Assembly (NCBI GenBank): GCA_033723415.1
Contig: JAWVXD010000001.1
Coordinates: 352,001 to 416,000 of the forward strand
Source of the DNA: Sulfurospirillaceae bacterium
Lineage (GTDB): Bacteria; Campylobacterota; Campylobacteria; Campylobacterales; Sulfurospirillaceae
Direction of reading: 5' to 3'
DNA length: 64,000 bases
Below, piece after piece: positions 23,739 through 35,167 of the stretch; position 1 is the stretch's first letter, and every line of letters starts with the position of its first letter. The notes under the pieces are model-generated. The model was not told the DNA's origin, did no database searches, and saw only the letters and a list, made by a program, of their open reading frames with translations. The position numbers and the translations under genes were made by a program.

Positions 23739-24020
23739 ATGTTATACGAAGATGAAGATGATTATTTTGTTGGTAGTCCAAAGAGTAAATTTTTTGATAT
23801 AGTTTTTAATGCAAATCGATCTTTAGTAGAAGAATCCATATCAGGAATTGTAGAAAGATATAGCGCAATGGAATTACTATTGGAAGAATTTATACAGGAT
23901 GAGAGAGAATTAGAATATCGAATAAATGAGATAAAAAACGATAGAAGTGATGAGCTTGTAAATAGAAACAACAGCTTATATATCTTAGCAACAGGTGAAG
24001 TTTTAACTCAGCATGAGTAA
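23739..24020 (+). CDS. Conserved small protein (DUF2018-like)
   Basis: GSPKSKFFDIVFNAN pattern typical of the Campylobacterota gene upstream of ispB; strong RBS. Confidence 0.7.
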   Translation: MLYEDEDDYFVGSPKSKFFDIVFNANRSLVEESISGIVERYSAMELLLEEFIQDERELEYRINEIKNDRSDELVNRNNSLYILATGEVLTQHE

Positions 24021-24453
24021 AAAAATTTTTCTCATAACTCTTTTGCTTGCGAGTATTACATTTGCAAAAAGTCAAAAGATGTGGGAACATCAGCATAGTT
24101 TTGTACTGAAAAAAGACCAAGTTGCCAATATTTATATTGATGAGATAAATATAAAAAATAAGCAAAAAAATAGTTCCTACTTGTTAAAATTCAAATGGGT
24201 AGTATATGAAAACGGTAGTTTGATTTTATTGCTAAATTATATGGGATATCCACATCAATATATATTGAAAAGAGAAAGATCACTAGAGAGTGTTAAAATT
24301 AAGTTGCTAAGTGATCTTAACGGATTTAACAGTGAAGTTTACGCTCTTATCAATTTCTCTAATTTTAACAAAAGTAAGCAGCTTGCCGGTCTTAATGTTT
24401 ATATTAAAGATATGAAAAAAAGAGTGCTGACAAAATTCATAGATCCAAAATAG
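24013..24453 (+). CDS. Exported hypothetical protein
   Basis: Signal peptide; overlaps upstream gene in an operon. Confidence 0.7.
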   Translation: MSKKIFLITLLLASITFAKSQKMWEHQHSFVLKKDQVANIYIDEINIKNKQKNSSYLLKFKWVVYENGSLILLLNYMGYPHQYILKRERSLESVKIKLLSDLNGFNSEVYALINFSNFNKSKQLAGLNVYIKDMKKRVLTKFIDPK

Positions 24454-24477
24454 GATATCAAAAAGTAAGGATACGTA

Positions 24478-25374
24478 TTGTTGAGAAAAGTAGAAACAAT
24501 CATGAAAGAGTATATAACTTCTCTAAATGACAAAAACAGTCTTGATCTATTTGAAAAAGTTCCAAAAGGCAAAAGATTAAGAGCGAAATTGATACTAAAG
24601 ATTGCAGGAGAAAGTGAAGAAGCATACAAATTAGCAGCAATAGTTGAGTTGATCCATGCTGCCAGTCTTCTTCATGATGATGTGATAGATGATGCCTTGA
24701 CACGAAGAGGAGAAGATTCTATCAATGCCATTTTCGGTGACAAGACTTCTATAATGTTGGGAGATATTTTATATTCAAAGGCATTTACTGAATTGACGAA
24801 CTTTTCAAATGCTATTGCCTATAAAATATCAAATGCCGTAGCTCTACTATCTGTTGGAGAGCTTCTTGATGTAGAATTATCAAAAAATTTCAACAACAAC
24901 GAGAAGCTTTATTTTGACATGATATATAAAAAAACAGCCTCATTAATAGAAGCCGCATCAGCCAGTGCAGCCTTATTATCAAATAAAAATGTTGAGACAT
25001 ATGAAACCTACGGTAAAAACCTTGGATTGGCATTTCAAGTTATAGATGACGTTCTAGACATAACACAAAGCAGTGAAAAGCTAGGAAAACCTTCATTAAA
25101 TGACTTTAAAGAAGGGAAAACGACATTGCCTTACCTTTATCTTTATCAAAGAATAAACAATGAGGATAAGCAGAAATTGCAGGACTTGTTTAAAAAGGAT
25201 TTAGAGAAAGATGATAAAATTTGGATTAAAAATAGAATGAAGGAGACTTCAAGCTTGAATGACTCGATTCAATATGCCAAGAACCTTGGTTTGAGAGCAT
25301 TAAATGCGATACAAAATGAACAAAATGAAGATTTAAGCAGGATAATAAAAGAAATGATCGAGAGAGAATTTTAA
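24478..25374 (+). CDS. ispB: Polyprenyl diphosphate synthase
   Basis: GKRLR, LLHDDVID, FQVIDDVLD. Confidence 0.9.
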   Translation: MLRKVETIMKEYITSLNDKNSLDLFEKVPKGKRLRAKLILKIAGESEEAYKLAAIVELIHAASLLHDDVIDDALTRRGEDSINAIFGDKTSIMLGDILYSKAFTELTNFSNAIAYKISNAVALLSVGELLDVELSKNFNNNEKLYFDMIYKKTASLIEAASASAALLSNKNVETYETYGKNLGLAFQVIDDVLDITQSSEKLGKPSLNDFKEGKTTLPYLYLYQRINNEDKQKLQDLFKKDLEKDDKIWIKNRMKETSSLNDSIQYAKNLGLRALNAIQNEQNEDLSRIIKEMIEREF

Positions 25375-26681
25375 TGCATTATCTTACTATAAGCTTTACC
25401 CACAAAAATACTGATATTGCAGTCAGAGAAAAACTAGCACTAAGCGATAAAGAGAAATGCAAAAATTTCCAAGAGATCTTGAATCATTTTGACTCTATAA
25501 ATGAATCCATTGTACTTTCTACTTGTAATAGAGTAGAGATTATTTTAAGCGTTCAAAACTGTGATGAGACAACAAAACTTGTACTTGAAGCACTAAGCCA
25601 AATCAGTGGAGTACCCCTACAGGAGTTAGAAGAAAGAGCAGATGTTTATGAAGATAATGGAGCAATTTTTCATCTATTCTCTGTTATATCTTCATTGGAC
25701 AGTTTGGTCATAGGAGAAACACAGATAGTAGGGCAGCTTAAGGATGCATATAGATTTTCTTTTGACAATGGTCTTTGCGATCAAAAACTTAGTCGTGCAA
25801 TGCATCATGCATTTAAATGCGCCGCATCCGTTAGAAGTAATACTGAAATTTCAAAAAGTTCCGTTTCCGTCTCTAGCGTAGCCGTTTCTATGGCAAAAGA
25901 TCTACTTGGGAACGATCTAGGCGGTTCCACTGCATTGGTCATTGGGGCAGGCGAGATGAGTAGATTGGCTGCAAAGCACTTGATAGCAAATGGCGTAAAT
26001 GTCATTATTATCAATAGAGATGCAGAGCATGCTAAAGCTCTGGCTGATGAATTAGGTGAAATGGCTAGCATAGCTCCTTTCTCAAAATTAACAGATTATA
26101 TCAACAGATACAAATTATTATTTAGCGCAACCGGTGCGCCGCATACTATAATTACCGAAGATCTGATTGAAGAGCGAGAATTTCAGAGATATTGGTTTGA
26201 TATTGCAATGCCTAGAGATATAGAAGATTGTAATATAGACAATATCAATATTTATGCAGTAGATGATTTAAAAGACTTGGTGCAAAAAAACCTTGCACAA
26301 AGAGAAGAACAAGCTAAAATAGCATACTCAATAGTCGGCAAAGCAACAATGGAATTTTTTAAATGGCTTCAGACTTTATGCATTGATCCGATCATCAAAG
26401 AGATTAGAGACAAAGCTCAAGATTGTGCGATCTATGAACTAAACAGAGCTATAAAAAAAGGTTTTATTGACGAATCACAGAAAGAAGCGATCAAAAAAAT
26501 ATTGCATCATTCTTTTAATTCCTTTTTACATACACCGACTAAGAAATTAAAAGGTATTGCAGATTCATCTGAAGCCGATGTGGTTGTACAATCGGTTCAG
26601 TACATCTTCGATATAAATGAAGATCAATCAAAAAAATTAAATATGTATAAATGCGAATACCAAATGGAGGATAATGCATGA
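25374..26681 (+). CDS. hemA: Glutamyl-tRNA reductase
   Basis: STCNRVE, SLDSLVIGETQI, IGAGEM. Confidence 0.96.
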   Translation: MHYLTISFTHKNTDIAVREKLALSDKEKCKNFQEILNHFDSINESIVLSTCNRVEIILSVQNCDETTKLVLEALSQISGVPLQELEERADVYEDNGAIFHLFSVISSLDSLVIGETQIVGQLKDAYRFSFDNGLCDQKLSRAMHHAFKCAASVRSNTEISKSSVSVSSVAVSMAKDLLGNDLGGSTALVIGAGEMSRLAAKHLIANGVNVIIINRDAEHAKALADELGEMASIAPFSKLTDYINRYKLLFSATGAPHTIITEDLIEEREFQRYWFDIAMPRDIEDCNIDNINIYAVDDLKDLVQKNLAQREEQAKIAYSIVGKATMEFFKWLQTLCIDPIIKEIRDKAQDCAIYELNRAIKKGFIDESQKEAIKKILHHSFNSFLHTPTKKLKGIADSSEADVVVQSVQYIFDINEDQSKKLNMYKCEYQMEDNA

Positions 26682-28390
26682 GATTTTCAAAGTTATATGC
26701 CCCTACGACGAAAGATGCGCCAAAAGATGCGACGCTTCCAAGTCACAAATTTCTTTTACGAGCAGGATTTGTAACTCAAAGCGGAAGCGGGCTGTATAGC
26801 TTTTTACCGCTTGGCAAAATTGTCTTAGACAAAATCAGACGAATTGTCAAAGAAGAGATGGATAAATCAGGTGCACAAGAGATAGAGATGGGTGTCGTAG
26901 TTTCAGCAGACCTTTGGAAACAAAGCGGTAGATATGATGTATTTGGGAAAGAACTCTTAAGATTTAAAGACAGGAAGAACAATGAATTTGTCTTGGGCCC
27001 GACACATGAAGAAGTTGTCGTAGATATCGTCAAAAATATCATCACGAGCTACAAACAGCTACCACTTCATTTATATCAAATCACAACAAAATTCAGAGAT
27101 GAAGCAAGACCTAGATTCGGACTCTTGCGAGGTCGAGAATTTATTATGAAAGACGGCTATAGTTTTCATGACAGTGAAGAATCTCTCAAAGAAGAGTTCA
27201 ATGTAATGGAAGAGACTTATACAAAAATCTTCAATAGATTAGGTCTAGATTTTAGGGCAGTAGATGCTGACAGCGGAGCGATAGGCGGAAGTGGAAGCAA
27301 AGAGTTTATGGTACTTGCCGATAATGGAGAAGATGATATTGTAGTTTGTAGTAAATGCCAATATGCTGCCAATGTCGAAGCTGCTAAAAGAGCTAAAAAA
27401 ACAACTTCTGTAGAAGCTCCTATTGCTGATTTTGCCAAATTCCATACGCCTACCCCGGTAAAAGACAGTATAAGACATATAGCAGAATTTTTTAAAGTAG
27501 ATGAGTTTTACACAATCAAATCAGTCATAAAAAAAGCTATTTTTAAAGATGAAGAGAAAATTATATCTTTCTTTATTAGAGGGAATGACACATTACAAGA
27601 GACAAAAGCTCTCAATGCCTGTGGAGCATTGGAGTTAGTTGATGCCAGCGAAGAAGAAGTAAAGAATGCAGGTTTCAATCCAGGCTTTTGTGGACCTGTG
27701 GGATTAAATGAGGATGCTGAATTTTATATTGATAATGAACTAAAAGAAGAAAAAGACTTGATCTGTGGTGCGAACGAAGATGAATACCATTTTGTTGGCG
27801 TTTCTATGTTCAATTTCAAAGATTCAAGATACAAAGACCTAGTACAGGTTGATGAAGGAGATCTTTGCCCTAGCTGTGGTGAAAAACTCCATATTACAAA
27901 AGGTATAGAAGTAGGACACATCTTTCAATTAGGACAAAAATATGCATCGGCTATGGATGCAAATTTCTTAGATAACAATGGTAAATCCAAGCCTTTTTAT
28001 ATGGGATGTTACGGCATAGGCGTAAGTAGATTGGTGGCTGTTATGATTGAGGCAAGTCATGATGAGAAAGGATGTATTTGGAACAAGCAAACTGCTCCTT
28101 ATCTACTAGATATCATTATATCAAATGCAAAAGACGAAACGCAAAATACTTTTGCAAATAACATATATGCAAAATTGCAAGAAAAGAACATAAATGTTTT
28201 ATTGGATGACAGAAAAGAGAGATTTGGTTTTAAGATGGGAGATTTTGAACTTATCGGCTTCCCTTACGCTCTTATTGTAGGGAAAGGATTGGAAAACGAT
28301 GAAGTTGAACTGATAGATAGGGAGACTTTGGAGAAACAAAAAATCAAAACATCTGATATCTTGCAAAAATTAGAGGAAATTTTATCTTGA
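26678..28390 (+). CDS. proS: Proline--tRNA ligase
   Basis: GPTHEE, KFRDEARPRFG, GIEVGHIF, MGCYGIG. Confidence 0.97.
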   Translation: MRFSKLYAPTTKDAPKDATLPSHKFLLRAGFVTQSGSGLYSFLPLGKIVLDKIRRIVKEEMDKSGAQEIEMGVVVSADLWKQSGRYDVFGKELLRFKDRKNNEFVLGPTHEEVVVDIVKNIITSYKQLPLHLYQITTKFRDEARPRFGLLRGREFIMKDGYSFHDSEESLKEEFNVMEETYTKIFNRLGLDFRAVDADSGAIGGSGSKEFMVLADNGEDDIVVCSKCQYAANVEAAKRAKKTTSVEAPIADFAKFHTPTPVKDSIRHIAEFFKVDEFYTIKSVIKKAIFKDEEKIISFFIRGNDTLQETKALNACGALELVDASEEEVKNAGFNPGFCGPVGLNEDAEFYIDNELKEEKDLICGANEDEYHFVGVSMFNFKDSRYKDLVQVDEGDLCPSCGEKLHITKGIEVGHIFQLGQKYASAMDANFLDNNGKSKPFYMGCYGIGVSRLVAVMIEASHDEKGCIWNKQTAPYLLDIIISNAKDETQNTFANNIYAKLQEKNINVLLDDRKERFGFKMGDFELIGFPYALIVGKGLENDEVELIDRETLEKQKIKTSDILQKLEEILS

Positions 28391-28800
28391 TATATTTTCT
28401 CATATATTTATTTTTAGAAGTCACATTTAGTGTCAATATTGCCTCGGGAATTGGAGCTTTTGCTACATTTGCCGAGATTATTATTTCTGCCATGATAGGA
28501 TTTGCTTTACTTGCAAACTTTAGGTACACTTTTTTTGAAACGATACAAGCACTAAATAACAGATCTATTTCGATAGAAGAGTTTCAGAAATTAAACGCTT
28601 TCTCTGTCATAGGAGCACTTTTACTTATATTACCCGGTTTTTTTAGCGATCTGTTGGGTATATTACTTCAATTTAGTTTTTTTGCAACTATTTTTGCAAG
28701 AAAGATTTTAAACGTAAACGATGAAAAACAAAAATTTAACCAGAGGAGAGACGATGAAGTCATTGATGTTGAGATTATTGACGATAATTCTGCTAAGTAG
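28387..28800 (+). CDS. fxsA: FxsA family membrane protein
   Basis: GALLLILPGFFSDLLG motif, acidic VIDVE tail. Confidence 0.85.
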   Translation: MIYFLIYLFLEVTFSVNIASGIGAFATFAEIIISAMIGFALLANFRYTFFETIQALNNRSISIEEFQKLNAFSVIGALLLILPGFFSDLLGILLQFSFFATIFARKILNVNDEKQKFNQRRDDEVIDVEIIDDNSAK

Positions 28801-29602
28801 CACTATATTACTTGCACAGAACACAAACAATATAGAATCAAAGTTAATTAATTTTATAGATAAAGCAGTAAACACGGGCAAGAATTATAAATTTGTAAAA
28901 GCTGAGATATCACACAGTGAAGATGTTCCAAATATGAAAGGTTGGAAAGCTTACTTTTTAAAAATGGATTTACAGATACTCAGCCAAAAAAGAAATATCT
29001 CCGTAAAAGATATAATTTTTTCAAACGGTCAATTCATAAGCAAAGACTTTATAAATATGAATACAGGTAGAAGTATCAAAAGTGATTTTTCATTTCCTGC
29101 AAGTGCAAAACTATATGATGACACACATTTTCTACTAGGCAATAAAAATGCTAAGAACAAATTGATTCTGTTTAGTGATCCTTTATGTCCGTTTTGTATG
29201 GATTTTGTACCGGATTTAGTAAATTTTGTAGAAAAACATCCTAAGCAATTTGCTCTGTATTATTATTATTTCCCATTGTCTATTCATCCTGGAAGCCAAT
29301 ATTTAGTAAGAGCTATTTTGGCAACAAAGAAAATAAAACATATAAAAGATTTGGATAAAAAAGTCTATTCAATGGCCTTTGATTTTCCAAAAGCAAGTGA
29401 AGATGAAGTCATCAACCAATTCAATAAAGCCTTTGATACAAATCTTACAAAAGCAGAATTAAATACCAAAGATATAACTGAACGTATAAATTATGATATG
29501 AAAGTCGCAAATGATCTTATGGTAAGAGGAACTCCGACTTTATATGTAAACGGTAAAAAAGATCCATCAAGATCAATATATAAAAAATTAGTAAAAGAGT
29601 AG
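28754..29602 (+). CDS. Periplasmic DsbA/DsbC-like thiol:disulfide oxidoreductase
   Basis: Signal peptide after [23 protein letters not shown] cis-Pro motif. Confidence 0.88.
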   Translation: MKSLMLRLLTIILLSSTILLAQNTNNIESKLINFIDKAVNTGKNYKFVKAEISHSEDVPNMKGWKAYFLKMDLQILSQKRNISVKDIIFSNGQFISKDFINMNTGRSIKSDFSFPASAKLYDDTHFLLGNKNAKNKLILFSDPLCPFCMDFVPDLVNFVEKHPKQFALYYYYFPLSIHPGSQYLVRAILATKKIKHIKDLDKKVYSMAFDFPKASEDEVINQFNKAFDTNLTKAELNTKDITERINYDMKVANDLMVRGTPTLYVNGKKDPSRSIYKKLVKE

Positions 29603-29604
29603 AT

Positions 29605-30555
29605 ATGAGAAAATTGATCATTGCCACACGAGGCAGTAAATTAGCTCTATGGCAAGCTGAACATATAAAAGATGTTTTAGAAGAGCTACACAACGGACTT
29701 GAGGTAGATTTAAAGATCATGAAGACAAAAGGCGACAAGATATTGGATACTCCTCTTGCAAAGATTGGCGGCAAAGGACTTTTTACAAAAGAGTTAGAAG
29801 AATCTATGCTAAGAGGCGAAGCTCATATAGCTGTTCATAGTTTAAAAGACGTTCCTGTAGTTTTTCCTGATGGTCTTAAGCTAGCTGTCATAACCAAGAG
29901 AGCAGATGTTCGAGATGCCATGTTATCTGAGAAATATGCTACTTTGGATGATTTACCAAAAGGTGCCATAATAGGTACGACAAGCCTAAGAAGAAGGATG
30001 CAGCTCTTAGAGACGAGACCTGATCTAAAAATCAAAAATCTTAGAGGTAACGTCAATACAAGAATAAGAAAATTAAAAGATGGTGAATTTGATGCGATTA
30101 TTTTAGCAAGCGCTGGAATAAAGAGGCTTGGGCTTGAAAATGAAGTAAAGTACTTTTACCCGATAGACCAAAGCATCATGATACCTGCTTCAGGACAGGC
30201 AGCCCTTGGTATAGAGATAGTAGACGATCCTGAAATCGAAAAACTTGTAAGCGTTTTAAACGATCCAACTGCTATAATAGAAACTGAGATCGAGCGAGAA
30301 TTTGTAAGAAAGTTAGAAGGTGGATGTCAAGTTCCTATAGGTATCAATGCGCACTTAAATGGAGATATTATTGATATATCTTGCCTTATAGGTATGCCTG
30401 ATGGTACAGAGATACTAAAAGAGAAAATACAAATCTCAAAAGATGAATATAAAGGTATAGGCTCAGTATTGGCACAAAAGATGATAGACTCAGGGGCCAG
30501 AGATATACTAAAAAAAGCCGAAGATATGGCTTTAAATGTAATTTTTGAGGGATAA
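29605..30555 (+). CDS. hemC: Hydroxymethylbilane synthase
   Basis: [29 protein letters not shown]. Confidence 0.97.
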   Translation: MRKLIIATRGSKLALWQAEHIKDVLEELHNGLEVDLKIMKTKGDKILDTPLAKIGGKGLFTKELEESMLRGEAHIAVHSLKDVPVVFPDGLKLAVITKRADVRDAMLSEKYATLDDLPKGAIIGTTSLRRRMQLLETRPDLKIKNLRGNVNTRIRKLKDGEFDAIILASAGIKRLGLENEVKYFYPIDQSIMIPASGQAALGIEIVDDPEIEKLVSVLNDPTAIIETEIEREFVRKLEGGCQVPIGINAHLNGDIIDISCLIGMPDGTEILKEKIQISKDEYKGIGSVLAQKMIDSGARDILKKAEDMALNVIFEG

Positions 30556-30556
30556 C

Positions 30557-32365
30557 ATGCAAAGAACAATTGAGCTGTTAAAAAAACATAATTTATTGAA
30601 AATTATAAATGAAGAAGTCGATATCGACTTAGAGATGGCTCATATTGCATATATTGAAGTAAAGCAAGAAAATTCAAAAGCTTTACTTTTTACAAATCCT
30701 GTTTGTAAAAGATTAAATAAAAAATTTGATATTCCGGTTCTTATGAACGTCTTTGGTTCCTTTGAAGCAACTAAATTGATATTTAAAAAAGATCCTGACG
30801 CGATAGCAAAAAAAATAGATGAATTACTACATCTAAAACCTCCTAAAAACATTTGGGATAAATTTAGCATGCTGGGTGAATTATTTAGTTTGAAAAATGT
30901 TTTTCCAAAACGTGTCAATATAAAATCACCTTGTCAAGAAAAAGTTTTAGAAAATATAGATCTACTGGATTTACCAGTTCTAAAAACCTGGCCAGAGGAT
31001 GGCGGAGCTTTTATAACAATGGGTCAAGTATATACCCAGAGTCTAGATGGAACAAAGCAAAATCTAGGTATGTACAGACTGCAGATATATGACAAAACCA
31101 GACTTGGCTTGCATTGGCAAATTCACAAAGACGGTTCGCACTTCTTCAAAGAATATAAAGATGCAGGGGAAAAAATGCCCGTGAGTATAGCAATCGGAGG
31201 TGATCCATTATACATTTGGTGTGGACAGGCTCCTATGCCAAACGGTATGTTTGAACTGCTACTTTATGGTTTAATCAGAGACAAGAATGCTATGCTTGTC
31301 AAATCAAGAACTAATCCTATATATATACCTGCTGATAGCGATATTGTTATAGAAGGTTGGGTAGATCCGCAGAAGAGTGAATTAGAAGGACCTTTTGGTG
31401 ATCACACCGGTTATTATACTCCGATTGAGCCATATCCTGTACTTGATGTCACATGTATAACTACTAAAGAAAAGCCAGTTTATCAAGCCACTGTTGTAGG
31501 GAAACCGCCACTTGAAGATAAATATATGGGATGGGCAACAGAGAGGATATTTTTGCCTCTTTTACGTACAACTACACCTGATTTGATTGACTACTGGATG
31601 CCTGAAAACGGAGTTTTCCATAATCTAATCATTGCTAAGATGAAGACACTGTACCCAGGGCATGCAAAACAATTTATGCACGCATTTTGGGGCGTCGGAC
31701 AGATGAGTTTTGTTAAACATGCATTTTTTCTAAATGATGATGCACCTAGTTTTGAGGACTATGATGATATAATCGATTATATACTTGATAGAGTTTCTGT
31801 TGAGAATATACTGATAAGCGAGGGTGTTTGTGATGCACTTGATCATGCTTCTCCAAATGCATGTTATGGTGGAAAATTAGGGATAGACTGTACTCAAGAC
31901 AATGTTAAGCATCCAAAGAAAACCATAATTAAAGATAGTGAACTTTATGATATAATATCAAATAAAGTTGATGATGTCGTTGGTGTTTTCCAGTATAAAA
32001 CACATACGAAAACTCCAATCGCAGTTTTTGCTATTAATAAAAAACGAGATGTCAAGAAACTTTATAATGATTTAAAAGAGTTTAAGGAATATATGAAACT
32101 CTTAATATTTGTTGATTCTGAAGATAATGACATAGAAAATCCTTATATGCTTATCTGGAGAGTTGTAAATAATATAGATGCAAAAAGAGACATTTTCTTA
32201 AATAAAGAGTTTATCGGGATAGATGCAACAAGTAAAAATATAAAAGATGGCTATAAAAGAGATTGGCCTAAAGATACTGATTGCGATGCAAAAGTATTAG
32301 AATCCCTAATAGAACGGGGATTAATTAAAAACAACAAGGAGTTATTTAAAAACTATCATGTCTGA
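30557..32365 (+). CDS. UbiD family menaquinone biosynthesis decarboxylase
   Basis: NLGMYRLQ, EGPFGDHTGYY, VGKPPLED. Confidence 0.92.
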   Translation: MQRTIELLKKHNLLKIINEEVDIDLEMAHIAYIEVKQENSKALLFTNPVCKRLNKKFDIPVLMNVFGSFEATKLIFKKDPDAIAKKIDELLHLKPPKNIWDKFSMLGELFSLKNVFPKRVNIKSPCQEKVLENIDLLDLPVLKTWPEDGGAFITMGQVYTQSLDGTKQNLGMYRLQIYDKTRLGLHWQIHKDGSHFFKEYKDAGEKMPVSIAIGGDPLYIWCGQAPMPNGMFELLLYGLIRDKNAMLVKSRTNPIYIPADSDIVIEGWVDPQKSELEGPFGDHTGYYTPIEPYPVLDVTCITTKEKPVYQATVVGKPPLEDKYMGWATERIFLPLLRTTTPDLIDYWMPENGVFHNLIIAKMKTLYPGHAKQFMHAFWGVGQMSFVKHAFFLNDDAPSFEDYDDIIDYILDRVSVENILISEGVCDALDHASPNACYGGKLGIDCTQDNVKHPKKTIIKDSELYDIISNKVDDVVGVFQYKTHTKTPIAVFAINKKRDVKKLYNDLKEFKEYMKLLIFVDSEDNDIENPYMLIWRVVNNIDAKRDIFLNKEFIGIDATSKNIKDGYKRDWPKDTDCDAKVLESLIERGLIKNNKELFKNYHV

Positions 32366-32422
32366 TTCATCGTCGAACATGCAGTGCCGTACAAGACAAA
32401 TCTTAATTTTGAGGTTTGCAAT

Positions 32423-33544
32423 ATGACACTGCTACTTATATATTTCAGCTTAGCTGTTGGCGTTTCCTTTCTTTGTTCAATGTTGGAGACTATTCTTCTT
32501 TCTCTAAGTTTATCACATATTAATGTAATAAAAAAAGTAAATTTACCTGTCGGTGAGACTCTTGAAAAATTAAAAAAAGAGATAAACAGGTCACTTGCTT
32601 CGATTTTAGTACTAAATACTGCAGCAAATACTCTAGGTGCTGCGGGAGTAGGGGCACAAGCCTCAAAAATTTTCGGTGCAGAGTATATGTTTTATGTTTC
32701 TGCAATATTGACACTCGTCATCTTATTTATTTCAGAAATAATACCAAAAACCATAGGTGCCCTTTACTATAAAGAATTGGCTCCAATTGCTGCTAGATTA
32801 ATAAGTTTTTTTATCTTTATAACTTATCCGCTGGTAGTGGTCTCTTTATTTATAACAAAAAAAATATCAAAATCCAAAGTTGCACACTCTATCACAAGAG
32901 AAGAACTTTTAGAAAGTACTTTGATCAGTGAACATGGAGGAGTAATAGATGAAAAAGAATCTGACTATATTGAAAATATTTTAAGGATTAACAAAAGTAA
33001 AGTTGAACAAATCTTGACGCCAAGAAGTGTCATGTTTGCATTAAATAAAGATTTGCTGATAAAAGAAGTGTTGCAAAAACCTGGTATCAAGAAATTTTCA
33101 AGAGTACCGGTATATGATAATACTATTGACAATATAGTAGGTGTCGTACTAAGTAAACAAATCTTTGAAGAAGCGATACATAATCAAAGTACAAAATTAG
33201 AAGATTTAATGCAACCAATATTCTCTATAAATGAACATATCCCTGTTTCTTATACTTTGGATTTATTTATCAAAAGAAAAGAGCATATGTTTTTAGTAAC
33301 CGACAGCTATGGACAAACAGAGGGTATCGTTACTTTAGAAGACTGCATAGAGACATTATTGGGTATTGAGATCATGGATGAACGAGATACTACTGAGGAC
33401 ATGCAAAAACTTGCAAAAGATAGGATGAGGCGAAAAAAAAATAAAAAGCTAAAAAGAAAATTGGAAAAGCAAAAGCAACTGTTACAACAATTTCAAGAAG
33501 GAAAAAAGATCGATGAAAGTCGAATAGATTCACATAATACGTAG
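32423..33544 (+). CDS. CNNM/CBS domain membrane protein (CorC/TlyC-like)
   Basis: SEIIPK, tandem CBS domains (FSRVPVY, GIVTLEDCIE). Confidence 0.9.
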   Translation: MTLLLIYFSLAVGVSFLCSMLETILLSLSLSHINVIKKVNLPVGETLEKLKKEINRSLASILVLNTAANTLGAAGVGAQASKIFGAEYMFYVSAILTLVILFISEIIPKTIGALYYKELAPIAARLISFFIFITYPLVVVSLFITKKISKSKVAHSITREELLESTLISEHGGVIDEKESDYIENILRINKSKVEQILTPRSVMFALNKDLLIKEVLQKPGIKKFSRVPVYDNTIDNIVGVVLSKQIFEEAIHNQSTKLEDLMQPIFSINEHIPVSYTLDLFIKRKEHMFLVTDSYGQTEGIVTLEDCIETLLGIEIMDERDTTEDMQKLAKDRMRRKKNKKLKRKLEKQKQLLQQFQEGKKIDESRIDSHNT

Positions 33545-33664
33545 ATTAATAATAAAAACTTTTTGGATTTCATTATTACAATCATACTACTAATTCATCA
33601 TAAAAATAACTATTTTTTATTTGATTTGTGATAGAATTGTACCTTTACAACAATTGCAAAAGAT

Positions 33665-34267
33665 ATGGAGATTAAAGTGGACAAAAAACAGAAGAAAATC
33701 GAACAAATATTAGAAGCTTCATTGGTTTTATTTTCAAAAAAAGGCTTTTATTCTACAACCATACCAGATATTGCCGAAGCTATGAATATGAGCGTAGGGA
33801 ATCTTTATAATTATTTTTCTTCTAAAGAAGAATTAGCCAAAAGTGTTATTAGATATTCATCAGATATTTTAGGTGCAAAGATTAAAGAGATAAATGAATT
33901 AAAGATCAATTCAAAAGAAAAAATCAAAAAGATAGTTGAATTATATTTTAATATGGCCATTACTCAACCACAACATATTGATTTCTTTTTAAGAGTTTAT
34001 TTAGCCAATAAAGAAATCTTTAAAAATGGGTGTGAAGGTATGATCTGTGTGTCTGCATTTGTTACAGAACTTATGATATTTTTTGAAGAAGGTGTCAGGA
34101 ACAAAGAGCTCAGAAATCAAAATTTCTTTTCTGCCTTTGGCCTATTTATGGGATACTTAGGAGGTTTTGTATTTTTAAACGGTGAAGGAATTTTGGATGA
34201 CAAATTAGAGAATTATACTGAAGAAATATCCGAAAATATCTACAATGCTCTAAAAATACAAACATAG
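33665..34267 (+). CDS. TetR family transcriptional regulator (hydrogenase-associated)
   Basis: N-terminal TetR HTH (KKGFYSTTIPDIA...VGNLYNYFSSKEEL). Confidence 0.92.
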   Translation: MEIKVDKKQKKIEQILEASLVLFSKKGFYSTTIPDIAEAMNMSVGNLYNYFSSKEELAKSVIRYSSDILGAKIKEINELKINSKEKIKKIVELYFNMAITQPQHIDFFLRVYLANKEIFKNGCEGMICVSAFVTELMIFFEEGVRNKELRNQNFFSAFGLFMGYLGGFVFLNGEGILDDKLENYTEEISENIYNALKIQT

Positions 34268-34270
34268 ATA

Positions 34271-35167
34271 ATGTCTACCTTTCATAATAAACAAACAATT
34301 GTGTGGATCCATGGAATTACTTGCAACGGTGATTCACACTCTTTTTTTAATTATGAAAATATGAAAAATTTTTCAAAAAATTTTGAAATCATATATCATC
34401 CTCTTCTAACAACTCAATATGATCTAAAATCTATACTAAATAGTACTAAAAATTTTGATTACCTTATTTTTGAAGGTTCTTTCTCTAAAAATAGAGATTT
34501 GATCGAAAGAGTAGGTTTCTCTTTAAATGAAATTTTCAATACTCTTAGCAGTAGAGTAAAACATATCATTTGTGCAGGGACTTGTGCAAGTTTTGGCGGA
34601 ATATTTAGTTTAAGAGATCCTGTTAACATAACTGGTGCGATCTTTTCAGGAGAGAGAAAAGGTGGTTTTTGGAATCAAAATAAAAAGATCATAAATATAC
34701 CTGGTTGTCCATTACACCCAAGATGGCTTGTAGATACGCTCTTTATGCTAAAAGACGGTAAAAGAGTAGCTTTGGACGAATTATCAAGACCAAAAGAAGT
34801 ATTTTCATATTTTGTTCATCATGGATGTCTTAGAAATGAATATTTTGAATGGAAGATAGATGCTAAACAATTTGGAGAAAAAGAAGGATGTTTATTTTAT
34901 GAACATGGCTGTAAAGGGCCGATGACACATGCCAACTGTAATAAGATCTTGTGGAATGAGGTCAGTTCTAAAACAAGAGCAGGATCACCTTGTCTTGGCT
35001 GTACTGAACCAACTTTTCCGACAGAAAATATATATGAAACAAAAAAACATATGTCTTTACCAATGACACCTACAGGAGTAAGTAAAAGAGCATATTTTAC
35101 TATGACTGGTATTGCAAAAAGTTTTAGAATAGATAGGCTAGAAAAAAGATTAATCGATGATAACTAA
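34271..35167 (+). CDS. Cytoplasmic [NiFe] hydrogenase small subunit (group 2-like, no Tat signal)
   Basis: CNGD, GTCASFGG, PGCP, distal cluster Cys motifs; no RR leader. Confidence 0.9.
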   Translation: MSTFHNKQTIVWIHGITCNGDSHSFFNYENMKNFSKNFEIIYHPLLTTQYDLKSILNSTKNFDYLIFEGSFSKNRDLIERVGFSLNEIFNTLSSRVKHIICAGTCASFGGIFSLRDPVNITGAIFSGERKGGFWNQNKKIINIPGCPLHPRWLVDTLFMLKDGKRVALDELSRPKEVFSYFVHHGCLRNEYFEWKIDAKQFGEKEGCLFYEHGCKGPMTHANCNKILWNEVSSKTRAGSPCLGCTEPTFPTENIYETKKHMSLPMTPTGVSKRAYFTMTGIAKSFRIDRLEKRLIDDN